64,000 nucleotides of DNA. It comes from Granulicella sp. (GTDB lineage: Bacteria > Acidobacteriota > Terriglobia > Terriglobales > Acidobacteriaceae). The translations under genes and the position numbers were made by a program. Position 1 is the stretch's first letter. Each line of letters starts with the position of its first letter. The DNA is taken from assembly GCA_965218675.1 (NCBI GenBank), contig CBDCLP010000005.1, positions 104,798 to 168,797 on the forward strand. Direction: 5' to 3'. Positions 1 to 9,627 of the stretch are shown one piece after another. The notes beneath the pieces are model-generated. The model did not search any database. It had not been told where the DNA came from and was given only the letters and a program-made list of their open reading frames with translations.

Positions 1-474
<474 letters not shown>

Positions 475-493
475 ACCATCCGCAGGCCAATAG

Positions 494-533
494 GAGGGGG
501 TGAGCTCTAGTTGAGCTCGCCCCCTCACCGTTT
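494..533 (+). terminator. Candidate intrinsic terminator after the helicase gene
   Basis: 14-bp stem 'GAGGGGGTGAGCTC' (494-507), loop 'TAGTT', then 'GAGCTCGCCCCCTC' (513-526) with one mismatch, followed by 'ACCGTTTC'. Confidence 0.55.
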
Positions 534-689
534 CATCCCGCACACCGCAGCACCGCATCCGGCTTGATCCCGCAAAGGCCCCGGAAAAAGTCGACAGCCT
601 CCGTACAACGACGCATCTCCGCCCACACCCTAACCTTCTGTACGCAACCGCCAACATAGTTGGCGAGTTCAGATTTTGGGAGCAGCGTT

Positions 690-1196
690 ATGAAGATGCA
701 AAGCATTCAAGACCTCATGCTTACCGGCATGAGCTATGTATTGGACGCAGAACAGCAACTGAGCAAGGAAGCAGCGAAAATGGCCGAAGCCTCCGAAGAC
801 CCGCAGGTCAAGGAGATGTTCCAAAAGAGCGTCACCCAGGGAGAAAAGTACGCCGAGCGCGTGCAGGCAGCCTTTGGGAAGCTCGGCAAGCCGGTCAAGA
901 CCGAGGACAACCACATCACCGACGCCATGGTGAAGGAGGTTGAGGGCATGATCTCCAGCACGGACAAGGGCGCTGTGCGTGATGCGGCGCTGATCGTCGC
1001 CTTCAACCAGCAGCAGGCGTATCGCGTGGCGTCCTACGGCTCGCTGGCGAGCTATGCCAAGCTGATCGGCAAGCAGGACGCGGTTGCTGACCTGCAGCAA
1101 AGCCTGGAAGAGTCCAAGGCCGGCGACGAGAAGCTCACAAACATTGGTGAGCAGCGCGTCAACAAGAAGGCCGCACAGCAGCCCGTGGCTGCTTAG
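690..1196 (+). CDS. YciE/YciF-type ferritin-like protein (DUF892)
   Basis: 'MKMQSIQDLMLTGMSYVLDAEQQL...VRDAALIVAFNQQQAYRVASYGSLASYAKLIG...EESKAGDEKLT' follows the YciE/YciF pattern. ATG 690 is preceded by GGGAG (677-681). The track ORF begins at TTG 660. Confidence 0.85.
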   Translation: MKMQSIQDLMLTGMSYVLDAEQQLSKEAAKMAEASEDPQVKEMFQKSVTQGEKYAERVQAAFGKLGKPVKTEDNHITDAMVKEVEGMISSTDKGAVRDAALIVAFNQQQAYRVASYGSLASYAKLIGKQDAVADLQQSLEESKAGDEKLTNIGEQRVNKKAAQQPVAA

Positions 1197-1213
1197 GCTT
1201 CGTCACTACGTCG

Positions 1214-1242
1214 AAAAGGCCGGCTCATTGCCGGCCTTTTCT
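1214..1242. terminator. Bidirectional intrinsic terminator between convergent genes
   Basis: 'AAAAGGCCGGC' (1214-1224), loop 'TCATT', then 'GCCGGCCTTTT' (1230-1240). A-run on one side and T-run on the other. Confidence 0.85.
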
Positions 1243-1258
1243 TATGCGATCCGTCCTC

Positions 1259-1708
1259 TTACAGGATGCGTGAAAGCAGCGACCCTGCCATGCCGCCGAA
1301 CATTCCACCGCCGGGTTGTGGTGGCGCCTGCTGGCCGTTGTTGGTCATGTGCGACAGGATCATGGGCAGCACGGCCGCGAGCGCCACTTTGGCGACGGTA
1401 GGCGACACCCCGGCGCGTTGGGCCACCTGGTCCAGAACGCCTGTGCCGCCCAGCCCATTCTGCACCTGCTCCGGCGTGGCCTGCTGCGTCTGCCCATTCT
1501 GCCACTGCTCCACATGTTGGCCCATGCCGTTGTTGCGGAACATATCCATGATGCCGCCCAGTCCGCCGGGATGCTGCGCGGCGGTTTGCAAAAAGCTGCC
1601 GGCCACGCGACCCTGCTCGCTGGCGTTCTCCGGCACCTGAATGCCCCCCTCCTGCCCGCCGTTCATTGCCTGCCCTGCCATACCCTCAATCGAATCCAAA
1701 ATGCCCAT
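1259..1708 (-). CDS. YidB family protein (DUF937)
   Basis: Gly-rich N-terminus, then '...WQNGQTQQATPEQVQNGLG...LDQVAQRAGVSPTVAKVALAAVLPMILSHMTNNG', typical of DUF937. Start chosen at the internal ATG ('MGILDSIEG'). The track ORF extends to 1870, overlapping ridA. Confidence 0.75.
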   Translation of the reverse strand: MGILDSIEGMAGQAMNGGQEGGIQVPENASEQGRVAGSFLQTAAQHPGGLGGIMDMFRNNGMGQHVEQWQNGQTQQATPEQVQNGLGGTGVLDQVAQRAGVSPTVAKVALAAVLPMILSHMTNNGQQAPPQPGGGMFGGMAGSLLSRIL

Positions 1709-1824
1709 GCTGTCGATCCTCCAGTTCCATTGAGATGGCATTTGCGCTTCTCGTGCGTGCAGACCCGGGCGAGATTCTGCGGCTGCCCGTCGACACAACA
1801 GGCCCACAACGGCAGAATGGAACC

Positions 1825-2229
1825 ATGCCCTCCAAGACCATCGTTTCGACCACCGACGCTCCTGCCGCAATCGGGCCCTACGCCCAGGCGGTACGTGTCG
1901 GCGACCTCATCTTCACCTCCGGCCAGGTGGCGCTCGATCCCGCCTCCGGCAATCTGGTCGAGGGTGGCGTCACCGAACAGACCGAGCGGGTCTGCCAGAA
2001 TCTGCGCGCCGTGCTGAATGCCGTCGACCTCACTCTGACCGATGTGATCAAGACGACTGTTTTCCTGCAGAACATGGACGACTTTGCCGCCATGAATGAG
2101 GTCTACGCTCGCCACTTCGCCCCGGGAAACTACGTTCCGCCCGCGCGTTCCACTGTGCAAGTGGCCCGGCTTCCCAGGGGCGGTCTGGTGGAGATCGAGT
2201 GCGTGGCCATGGCGGGCCTGAACCACTAG
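1825..2229 (+). CDS. ridA: RidA/YjgF family reactive-intermediate (enamine/imine) deaminase
   Basis: 'TDAPAAIGPYAQAVRVGDLIFTSGQVALDP...TTVFLQNMDDFAAMNEVY...PARSTVQVARLPRGGLVEIECVA'. Start at the in-frame ATG 1825. Confidence 0.9.
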   Translation: MPSKTIVSTTDAPAAIGPYAQAVRVGDLIFTSGQVALDPASGNLVEGGVTEQTERVCQNLRAVLNAVDLTLTDVIKTTVFLQNMDDFAAMNEVYARHFAPGNYVPPARSTVQVARLPRGGLVEIECVAMAGLNH

Positions 2230-2283
2230 CCAGCCGCTGCTTCCCGCCGTCACCAGCCCGCATCCAATGCTTCGGAGGATGAT

Positions 2284-2787
2284 ATGCCGACAATTCCAAC
2301 AGGCGGACCGCTGTCCGACGCTGCCATCCAGCAAGATGATAAGAAGGACGGTGCCGCAGCCGCCCGGCAGACGCGCAAGGTGGAAAAGAGCGACGCGGAG
2401 TGGCGGCAGCAGCTCACCCCGGAACAGTACAGTATCCTGCGCGAAAAGGGCACGGAGCGCGCCTTTACCGGCGCCCTGGTGAATAACCATGCGGACGGGA
2501 TTTATCACTGCGCCGCGTGTGATGCCCCGCTTTTCAAGTCCGACACGAAGTTCGAATCCGGCTCCGGCTGGCCCAGTTTTTGGGATCCCGTCTCGCCCGA
2601 TGCCGTGCATCTGCATGAGGACAAGAGCTACGGGATGCGGCGCGTGGAGGTCACCTGCGCCACCTGCGGATCGCACCTCGGACACGTCTTCCCGGACGGT
2701 CCGCGCGAGACCACCGGCCAGCGCTACTGCATCAATTCGGCATCGCTCGGCTTCACGCCGGACGGCGCCACGGCCGACAAACGGTAG
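2284..2787 (+). CDS. msrB: Peptide-methionine (R)-S-oxide reductase MsrB
   Basis: SelR domain with two CxxC pairs ('[11 protein letters not shown]', '[13 protein letters not shown]') and the 'RYCINSASL' catalytic Cys motif. Confidence 0.93.
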   Translation: MPTIPTGGPLSDAAIQQDDKKDGAAAARQTRKVEKSDAEWRQQLTPEQYSILREKGTERAFTGALVNNHADGIYHCAACDAPLFKSDTKFESGSGWPSFWDPVSPDAVHLHEDKSYGMRRVEVTCATCGSHLGHVFPDGPRETTGQRYCINSASLGFTPDGATADKR

Positions 2788-2807
2788 CCGGCGTAGCGTG
2801 GACAGCG

Positions 2808-2843
2808 AAAAGCCCCGCAGCGATGCGGGGCTTTCTCTTTCTT
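2808..2843. terminator. Bidirectional intrinsic terminator (msrB / rpmB convergent)
   Basis: 'AAAAGCCCCGC' (2808-2818), loop 'AGCGAT', then 'GCGGGGCTTTC' followed by 'TCTTTCTTCT'. Confidence 0.85.
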
Positions 2844-2875
2844 CTGAAACTTTATACGGTCTGCCGGAGGACCGG

Positions 2876-3067
2876 TTATGCCTTCACAATTTTGCCGCTC
2901 TTGATGCAGCTGGTGCAGACCCGAATCCGCTTGGAGACGCCCTGGCTGATGCGGGCCTTCACCTGCTGCAGGTTGGGGTTCCAGCGACGGCGCGTCACGT
3001 TGTGCGCATGCGAAACATTGTTACCAAACTGCGGCCCTTTGCCGCAAAGCTCACAAACCTGTGCCAT
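2876..3067 (-). CDS. rpmB: 50S ribosomal protein L28
   Basis: '[38 protein letters not shown]...[17 protein letters not shown]'. Internal ATG at 3067; the longer track ORF would run into the tRNA. Confidence 0.93.
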   Translation of the reverse strand: MAQVCELCGKGPQFGNNVSHAHNVTRRRWNPNLQQVKARISQGVSKRIRVCTSCIKSGKIVKA

Positions 3068-3156
3068 CGACCTTCTCCAAAGACAGAAACTTTTGTTCGC
3101 AGACTCCGGCTCCGGAAATCTCACCGGGCGGCTTCGCCGAAGCGCTGCCAAAGGAG

Positions 3157-3233
3157 TGGTAGGCACGATTGGATTCGAACCAACGACCTCTACCGTGTCA
3201 AGGTAGCGCTCTAACCAACTGAGCTACGCGCCT
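3157..3233 (-). tRNA. tRNA-Val (anticodon GAC), CCA encoded
   Basis: Reverse complement folds by hand as a cloverleaf: AGGCGCG-TA-GCTC-AGTTGGTTA-GAGC-G-CTACC-TTGACAC-GGTAG-AGGTC-GTTGG-TTCGAAT-CCAAT-CGTGCCT-A-CCA. The 7-bp acceptor stem has one G-U pair, the T-loop is TTCGAAT, and the anticodon loop is TT-GAC-AC. Confidence 0.9.
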
Positions 3234-3374
3234 GCAGTGCGTACAACGAAGTGTAACCCGGGAGGGAGCCACCGCGCAACCGGGCTGCTTCGGCTGGCGG
3301 ACGGAAAGAAGATGCCCTAGAAGGTGTCAGCAAAGAACAACAGCAGAAAGCCAAGGACAGCGCAACCGACAACC

Positions 3375-3956
3375 CTACGACGCCCCCACCTGCCCCTCCG
3401 TCTGGTGCTGCACGCGGCGCAGCACCAGCCAGGCATATTGCGCGGCGGAGATCGGCGCCAGCACCGCGATGGCCCGCAGCAGGAACAGCTTGGTCTCAAT
3501 CAGCCAGGTGCTCTGCGTAACCTGCACAGTCATCACTGTGAGAATGCCCAGAATCTGCAGCAGGGTGTTGAGCTTCCCCAGCCAGCTGGGCCGGAAATCC
3601 CGCAGCGTGTTGGTTACATAGAGCAGCGTGGAGATCAGCAGAATGCCCAGGTCGCGACTGAACACCAGCACCGTGACGTAGCGCGGAATGACGCCCACGT
3701 GCGTCAACACCAGAAACAGCGTGCTCAGCAGGGCCTTGTCCGTCAGCGGGTCCAGGTAGAGCCCCAGCGTGGTCTGCTGCTGCAGCCAGCGCGCAAGCAG
3801 CCCGTCCAGACCGTCCGAAATGCCCGCGATCCAGAGCAGCAAAAACGCCAGCCGCCAGTGTCCGTCCAGGATCTCGATCACCAGAAACGGCAGCGCAAAC
3901 AGCCGCAGCATAGTCAGCAGGTTGGGCGCAGCGCGGAACTGTCGAAGATCGGGCAT
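3375..3956 (-). CDS. CDP-alcohol phosphatidyltransferase (PgsA-like)
   Basis: Signature D-G-x2-A-R-x8-G-x3-D-x3-D is present as 'SDGLDGLLARWLQQQTTLGLYLDPLTDK'. Polytopic hydrophobic profile, 193 aa. Confidence 0.85.
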   Translation of the reverse strand: MPDLRQFRAAPNLLTMLRLFALPFLVIEILDGHWRLAFLLLWIAGISDGLDGLLARWLQQQTTLGLYLDPLTDKALLSTLFLVLTHVGVIPRYVTVLVFSRDLGILLISTLLYVTNTLRDFRPSWLGKLNTLLQILGILTVMTVQVTQSTWLIETKLFLLRAIAVLAPISAAQYAWLVLRRVQHQTEGQVGAS

Positions 3957-4056
3957 GGGCTACACGAGCAAGTCTGCATGGTAGCCGATCGCCAGGCGTT
4001 CGCCGCCAACCTGAAGTGCAATCGTTGGTAACGAGTGAGGGCACGCCAGACGCGCT

Positions 4057-5355
4057 TCAACCTCGCTGCAGCGCCGCTTCCAGCGCATCGGCGGCCCGCT
4101 CTGCGCCGTGCTCCTGATGGATCTGCGCGCCCACCTCCGCTGCCCGGCGCTCCACCGGGGCCGCCAGCAGGCGCTGCAGGTGCCCGGCAACGCGCGGCGC
4201 CCGATACCGCCGGCGGCCAACGACCTCCGCAATGCCGAGCCGCCGGACCCGCGCCGCGTTGTCCGGCTGGTCCACGCCAAAAGGCACCACCAGCATGGGA
4301 CGACCGGCCCGCAGAGCCTCCCCCGTGGTGCCGATGCCGCCCTGGTGCACCGTGGCCGCCGCGCGCGGAAACACCTGCGCATACGACGCATACGGGGCGG
4401 CGAAGACCTGCGGATCGCCCTCCAACAGGCCACCCTGGTCCACCTCGCCACGACGGATCTTGCCCGCGAAGTCGCCCGGCGCAAACCCCACCAGCAGCGC
4501 CCGGCGCCCGAGGCTGCGGGCCGCCTGGACGCTTTCCTCAAAGAACCGGCCCGGCGCCAGCACCGCCGAGGAGCCCAGGGTGAACAGCACCGGCGGCGGC
4601 CCGTCCGCCAGCCAGCGCTCCAGGGCGTCGCTGGCGACCCCGGGGGGCTGCACGTAGAATGGAAAGCCGGTCACCGTGACCCGCGCCGGCCAGTCCGCCT
4701 GCGGCTGCCCCAGCAGCGGCGAGAACATGGCAAGCGTGCCGTTGGGCGAAAAGCCTCCGCGAAACAGCGGGTTGCCGCGATCCGGCAGCCCCAGCTCGCG
4801 GCGCAGGCGGTCCAGCGGCCGCAACCATCGCCTGGTGCTCCAGTCGGCCAGCCGGGCAATCCACCGCCAAACCGGTGGAGGGGGCGCAACCCCGTGCAGC
4901 CAGCCCATGCCCGGATAACTGGGCGGATCGTAGGCAGAAAACAGGAGCGAGGGCGCCAGCACCGTCGAAATCCACGGCAACCCAAGCTGCCCGGCCACCA
5001 GCGGCGTGGTGAGCGTCAGCGGATGCGCGACCAGCAGGTTCGCCTCCTGGGCAACGGCCAGGGTGTCCTCATAGGCCGTCCGCACCATGGGCATAAGGAG
5101 CCCGCGCACCAGAAAACGCACCCCCAGCCCGCCCGCAAAGACCCGCCGCACCAGCTCCGGATCGGGCGCCTCCGTGGTGGCGATGCGCACGGGATGGTGC
5201 TGCAGCCCCGCGGCCTCGACCCGCGCCGCAAACAGGCTTTGGGTCGCGATCACGACCTCGTAACCCCGCCGGCGCATCGCCTGGCCGACGGCAAGGTAGG
5301 GGTGGAGGTCGCCCAGCGAGCCAAAGGTGGTGAAGACGATGCGCGGTGTGCTCAC
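4057..5355 (-). CDS. GT1-family (MGT/UDP-glycosyltransferase-like) glycosyltransferase
   Basis: 'RIVFTTFGSLGDLHPYLAVGQAMRRRGYEVV' N-lobe and 'HQGGIGTTGEALRAGRPMLVVPFGVDQPDNAARV' donor-binding motif. Start set at GTG 5355; the track start 5493 would overlap iscR. Confidence 0.8.
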   Translation of the reverse strand: MSTPRIVFTTFGSLGDLHPYLAVGQAMRRRGYEVVIATQSLFAARVEAAGLQHHPVRIATTEAPDPELVRRVFAGGLGVRFLVRGLLMPMVRTAYEDTLAVAQEANLLVAHPLTLTTPLVAGQLGLPWISTVLAPSLLFSAYDPPSYPGMGWLHGVAPPPPVWRWIARLADWSTRRWLRPLDRLRRELGLPDRGNPLFRGGFSPNGTLAMFSPLLGQPQADWPARVTVTGFPFYVQPPGVASDALERWLADGPPPVLFTLGSSAVLAPGRFFEESVQAARSLGRRALLVGFAPGDFAGKIRRGEVDQGGLLEGDPQVFAAPYASYAQVFPRAAATVHQGGIGTTGEALRAGRPMLVVPFGVDQPDNAARVRRLGIAEVVGRRRYRAPRVAGHLQRLLAAPVERRAAEVGAQIHQEHGAERAADALEAALQRG

Positions 5356-5476
5356 CCTGCTGATTCTAAGTGGGAGCGCCAACAACGATTGCGGCTCACG
5401 CAACCGGGCCGTACACTGAGAGGGTTCGGCTTGCCCCAGAAGCCGATCGGCACCCGCATTCGGCAGACCCCCATCC

Positions 5477-5938
5477 ATGCTCAGGCTGACCAAAAAAGCG
5501 GACTACGGCCTGATGGCCCTGAAGTACCTGGCGGAGCACGCCAACCAGGGAGCGCAGTCGGCCAAGGACGTCGCCGAGGCGTACCACATCCCCCCGCAGC
5601 TGCTGGCCAAAATCCTCCAAACGCTCACCCGCGCCGGCATTCTCCTGTCGACCGCAGGCACCAACGGGGGCTATGCGCTGGCACGCCCGGGCAGCGAAAT
5701 CTCGGCCTTTGAGGTCATCCGCGCCATCGATGGCCCCCTGTTCATCACCAGCTGCATCACCATTCACGGCACCTGCGACCTCCACGGCACCTGCACCATC
5801 AAGGAGCCGCTGCGCAAGGTTAACGACTCCATCAAAGACCTGCTCAGCGCGATCCGCATCTCCGATCTGGTGGAAACCGCGACCGACGCGCAAACCGGAA
5901 CGCCCGTGGCCGGGGGCCTGGTCTCCATCGCGGTCTGA
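5477..5938 (+). CDS. iscR: Rrf2-family transcriptional regulator, IscR-like
   Basis: 'MLRLTKKADYGLMALKYLA' wHTH and a Cys cluster 'SCITIHGTCDLHGTC'. Lies directly upstream of iscS. Confidence 0.88.
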   Translation: MLRLTKKADYGLMALKYLAEHANQGAQSAKDVAEAYHIPPQLLAKILQTLTRAGILLSTAGTNGGYALARPGSEISAFEVIRAIDGPLFITSCITIHGTCDLHGTCTIKEPLRKVNDSIKDLLSAIRISDLVETATDAQTGTPVAGGLVSIAV

Positions 5939-5944
5939 ACCTCC

Positions 5945-6003
5945 GGCCTTCGCGCCTTCGCGAGACCATCGCGCCCTTTGCGTTCCCTCCGCGCCCTTTG
6001 CGT
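5945..6003. repeat. Intergenic short direct repeats ('KDAK-type' REP family)
   Basis: 'GGCCTTCGCGCCTTCGCGA' (5945-5963) and two copies of 'GCGCCCTTTGCGT' (5971-5983, 5991-6003). Related strings 'CCTTCGCGCCCTTGGCGTT' recur at 53820-53840. Confidence 0.6.
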
Positions 6004-6163
6004 GAGCGCTTTTTCGTAGCCCGAACGCGGCCCAAAACTCCCTGCATCCAAACTACGAATGCTATAGTCCGAGATAGAGAGTTTGTCTTCACCCGGGCGA
6101 ACCTGCGTCCGCCGTCGACCGCACCCGAGCCCCGAAAAAGAGCACACACGAGGAGCACACCCC

Positions 6164-7435
6164 ATGGCTGAAACGCTGGGAATGAACGTAACGCACACCG
6201 ACAAGCCCTTGCCCGAGGGCGTCAAGCTGCCCATCTACATGGACAACCACGCGACCACGCCGCTCGATCCGCGCGTACTCGAAGCCATGATGCCCTACCT
6301 GACCGGCATCTTCGGCAACGCCGCCAGCCGCAACCACAGCTTCGGCTGGGAGGCCGAGCAGGCTGTCGAACAGGCCCGCGAGCAGATCGCCAAGCTCATC
6401 GGCGCGACCGCGAAGGAGATCATCTTCACCTCCGGTGCCACCGAGTCCAACAACCTCGCCATCAAGGGCATCGCCGAAATGTACCGCGAGCGCGGCAACC
6501 ACATCATCACCGAGGTGACCGAGCACAAGGCCGTGCTGGACACCTGCAAGAAGCTCGAAAAGCAGGGCTTCCGCGTCACCTATTTGCCCGTCAAGGGCGA
6601 CGGGCTGGTCGACCTCGAAGAGCTCGAGCGCGCCATGGACGACCAGACCATCCTGGTCTCCATCATGTACGCCAACAACGAGATCGGCGTCGTCCAGCCG
6701 GTCAAGGAGATCGGCGAGCTCTGCCATAAAAAAGGCGTACTCTTCCACACCGACGCCGTGCAGGCCGTGGGCAAAATCCCCGTCAACGTGATCACGGATA
6801 ACATCGACGTCCTTTCCCTTTCCGGCCACAAGGTCTACGGCCCCAAGGGCGTAGGTGCGCTGTATGTTCGCCGCCGCAACCCCCGCGTGCAGATCTCGGA
6901 GCAGCAGAACGGCGGCGGCCATGAGCGCGGCATGCGCTCGGGCACGCTGAACGTCCCCGGCATCGTCGGTTTGGGCAAGGCGTGCGAGATCGCCGGCGAA
7001 GAGATGGCCGCCGAGGCCGCGCGCGAGCGCGAACTCCGTGACTACCTCCGCAACAAGCTCGAAACCGCACTCGACTATACCCAGGTGAACGGCAACATGG
7101 ACCACCACCTGCCCGGCAACCTGAACATGAGCTTCGTCTACGTGGAAGGCGAGTCGCTGCTGATGGGCATCAATGACATCGCGGTCAGCTCCGGCTCGGC
7201 TTGCACTTCGGCGACGCTTGAGCCCAGCTACGTGCTGAAGTCGCTCGGCCTTGGCGATGACATTGCGCATAGCTCGATCCGCTTCGGTCTCGGCCGCTTC
7301 AACACCAAAGCCGAGGTGGACTACGTCGCCGACAAGCTCATCGACGTGGTCAGCAAACTGCGCGAACTCAGCCCCCTCTATGAGATGGTCAAGGAAGGCA
7401 TCGACCTGACCAAGATCGAGTGGGCCGCCCACTAA
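6164..7435 (+). CDS. iscS: Cysteine desulfurase IscS
   Basis: '[19 protein letters not shown]', PLP-lysine motif '[17 protein letters not shown]', active-site loop 'SSGSACTS'. ATG 6164 is preceded by AGGAG (6151-6155). Confidence 0.95.
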   Translation: MAETLGMNVTHTDKPLPEGVKLPIYMDNHATTPLDPRVLEAMMPYLTGIFGNAASRNHSFGWEAEQAVEQAREQIAKLIGATAKEIIFTSGATESNNLAIKGIAEMYRERGNHIITEVTEHKAVLDTCKKLEKQGFRVTYLPVKGDGLVDLEELERAMDDQTILVSIMYANNEIGVVQPVKEIGELCHKKGVLFHTDAVQAVGKIPVNVITDNIDVLSLSGHKVYGPKGVGALYVRRRNPRVQISEQQNGGGHERGMRSGTLNVPGIVGLGKACEIAGEEMAAEAARERELRDYLRNKLETALDYTQVNGNMDHHLPGNLNMSFVYVEGESLLMGINDIAVSSGSACTSATLEPSYVLKSLGLGDDIAHSSIRFGLGRFNTKAEVDYVADKLIDVVSKLRELSPLYEMVKEGIDLTKIEWAAH

Positions 7436-7448
7436 GCGGCCCTTGTTG

Positions 7449-7485
7449 GACGAGGATGACCTCCCATGCACACGTCATCCTCGTC
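7449..7485 (+). terminator. Perfect 12-bp hairpin just after iscS (possible terminator/processing site; no T-run)
   Basis: 'GACGAGGATGAC' (7449-7460), 13-nt loop, then 'GTCATCCTCGTC' (7474-7485). Confidence 0.45.
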
Positions 7486-7702
7486 GGCATCCCGTTCATC
7501 CCATACCTGGCTGGCGTTTCTGTTCAACAGGAGTGCTACCAGGAACCTGCGATCGGAGACCACGGTTGGCGCTCAGAGGTGCAGGGTTGGCGGTCAGAGA
7601 TAATGCCGACCGTCGCCGTGGACGCCGTATCCAGGGTCCTCCGATCCAATGCCCCAGGTCGCCGAATGCATCCGTAAACGCTGGAGATGGGGAGGAGCGA
7701 CC

Positions 7703-7912
7703 TTGCAAAAAGGACGGCTACTCACCGGCTTCGGCCTCTTGCTGTATGTCGCATTTTGGGTGCTGATCGACTTTCTTCTGCACCGGACGAGTTGGGCCGG
7801 CGGCCACGGGTGGCACCGGCTGCGGGAGACACTCCCCGGTGCCGTGTGGAGCGGGGTTTTCTTTGGCATGTTCCGACTTCTTGCGAAGCTGCGACGCGAT
7901 GTCCGATCCTAG
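7703..7912 (+). CDS. Hypothetical small two-TM membrane protein (weak call)
   Basis: TTG 7703 lies 5 nt after 'GGAGGAG'. Translation 'LQKGRLLTGFGLLLYVAFWVLIDFLL...AVWSGVFFGMFRLLAKLRR' has two hydrophobic helices. No recognisable family. Confidence 0.3.
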   Translation: MQKGRLLTGFGLLLYVAFWVLIDFLLHRTSWAGGHGWHRLRETLPGAVWSGVFFGMFRLLAKLRRDVRS

Positions 7913-7989
7913 GCCAGGTTGGCGCCATGGCTGATACTTTTGCAGGATTTCCCGGGCCGAGCCGATGCGATACCCTCAGTAGAGTTACC

Positions 7990-9432
7990 ATGCGTGCCTG
8001 TATTGCTCTTCTCGTTAGCCTGCTTTTCTTTTTTTTGCCCGTGCCGTCGGCCCGCGCCTATTCCCTGCTCACCCACGAGCAGCTGATTGACCTCACCTGG
8101 GACAGCTCCGTCGTGCCGCTGCTGCTCAGCCGCTACCCGACGCTGACCCCGGCGCAGCTCGAGCACGCGCGCGCCTATGCCTACGGCGGCTGCGTCATCC
8201 AGGACATCGGCTACTACCCCCTGGGCGACCTGTTTTTCTCCAACCTGACGCACTATGTGCGTTCCGGCGACTTTGTCGTCAACCTGTTTCGCAATGCGGG
8301 GAACGCCGACGAGCTCGCCTTTGCGATCGGGGCGTTGTCACACTACATCGGCGACAGTTTCGGCCACTCCGAGGCCACCAACCTGGCCGTGCCGGTCGAG
8401 TTTCCCAAACTGCGCCGCCGCTACGGCCACGTGGTCAGCTACGCCGAGGGCCAGCACCAGCACGTGCAAACCGAGTTCGCCTTTGACATCAACGAGATTG
8501 CCCACCACCGGCTGGCGCCGGTGCACTACCTTCGCCATGTCGGCCTGGAAGTGCCCACACAGCAGCTTGCCATGGCTTTCTACCAGACCTACGGCCTCAG
8601 CGAGGACTTCACCCAGGCACGCGGCCGACGCATCAACGTGGGCGCGTACCGTTTCGCCGTTCACCACTTCATTCCGCGCATCGCCTACGCGGTCACGCAG
8701 TTGCAGCGCCGCCACGAGCCCGCCGATCTCGACACGCCCGAGCTGCAGCAGTTGGAACGCGAGATCCGGCAAGTCGCGCAGGAGAATCGCTGGGACCTGT
8801 ACCGGCGCAAGGCCGGGCTCGGGACCTACACCCTGGCCGGTTTTCTTTACATCCTGCCCAAGGTTGGTCCGCTGAAGCTGGTGGCGGTGAAGGGCCCAAC
8901 CCAGGCGACTGAGGCGGCGTACATCCACTCCGTGGTGCAGTCGGAGGACGCCCTGAAAACGGCGCTCGCCCGCTTCACGCCACCGCCTTCCACCCGGCCT
9001 TCGGCACAGGCTGCGGTCGCTGCGGACACCCACTCCGAGCCGTCCCCCGGCGCTCTGCTTCCAGGCGATCCGAACGCGGCGCAGCGCACTTCCCGGGACT
9101 CCCCGGATGCGCACCATCCGCTCCAGAACCGTGATCTGGACACTGGCAAACCCGTGCGCCCCAGCGGCTATCCGCTGACCGACAGCACCTATGCCACCCT
9201 GGCGCACCGACTCGCCGCCAGGCCCGGGCAGCCGATCCCGTCGGGTGTGCGGGACGATGTGCTGGCTTACTACAGCGACCCTTCCCTGCCGTTCGCCACC
9301 AAACAGGACCCCGGCGCCTGGGCCGTTCTGCAAACGGACCTGGCCACCCTGCGCGGCATGCCCACCCGCACCGAACCCGAGCCATACCCGACTTACAGAA
9401 AGGAGAACGCACCGCCACAGGGCCAGTTCTGA
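7990..9432 (+). CDS. Secreted zinc-dependent phospholipase C-like protein with Pro-rich C-terminal region
   Basis: Signal peptide 'MRACIALLVSLLFFFLPVPSARA'. His-rich motifs 'LTHEQLIDLTWD', 'ALSHYIGDSFGHSEATN', 'QHQHVQTEFAFD'. Start at the in-frame ATG 7990. Confidence 0.65.
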   Translation: MRACIALLVSLLFFFLPVPSARAYSLLTHEQLIDLTWDSSVVPLLLSRYPTLTPAQLEHARAYAYGGCVIQDIGYYPLGDLFFSNLTHYVRSGDFVVNLFRNAGNADELAFAIGALSHYIGDSFGHSEATNLAVPVEFPKLRRRYGHVVSYAEGQHQHVQTEFAFDINEIAHHRLAPVHYLRHVGLEVPTQQLAMAFYQTYGLSEDFTQARGRRINVGAYRFAVHHFIPRIAYAVTQLQRRHEPADLDTPELQQLEREIRQVAQENRWDLYRRKAGLGTYTLAGFLYILPKVGPLKLVAVKGPTQATEAAYIHSVVQSEDALKTALARFTPPPSTRPSAQAAVAADTHSEPSPGALLPGDPNAAQRTSRDSPDAHHPLQNRDLDTGKPVRPSGYPLTDSTYATLAHRLAARPGQPIPSGVRDDVLAYYSDPSLPFATKQDPGAWAVLQTDLATLRGMPTRTEPEPYPTYRKENAPPQGQF

Positions 9433-9540
9433 TCAAGTTCCGCGAAAGCCATCCCCGCCGGGAAAAGGCGCAGCTGCCATGCCGGAATGACAACAAGAAG
9501 CTCCACGTTGCGACGCAGATGATCCGAGCTTCCCTAAGCG

Positions 9541-9627
9541 AGAGCTGTTTACCTTCAGGTGTGGCTTAATGTCCTTCGCCCTGAAGGCGCGACATACAAG
9601 CGCAGCTATACCTGGCAGGAAACAGCT
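9541..9627. repeat. Nested-hairpin REP-like element between convergent genes
   Basis: Outer inverted repeat 'AGCTGTTT' (9543-9550) / 'AAACAGCT' (9620-9627). Inner inverted repeat 'CCTTCAGG'/'CCTGAAGG', with a 'CGCC-CTGAA-GGCG' core. Abuts the stop of the GDSL gene. Confidence 0.5.

Noticed and set aside
5356-5476. Search for an IscR box in the GT1/iscR divergent promoter region
   Set aside because: Only short end-matches (GCCGA...TCGGC around 5440-5462) were seen, with no convincing 25-bp type-1 palindrome. This cannot be supported without a matrix scan.
6089-7471. 460-aa ORF on the minus strand
   Set aside because: It is exactly antisense to iscS, whose translation carries unambiguous PLP and active-site motifs. 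The antisense product is Ala/Gly/Val/Asp-rich low complexity, typical of shadow ORFs in high-GC DNA.
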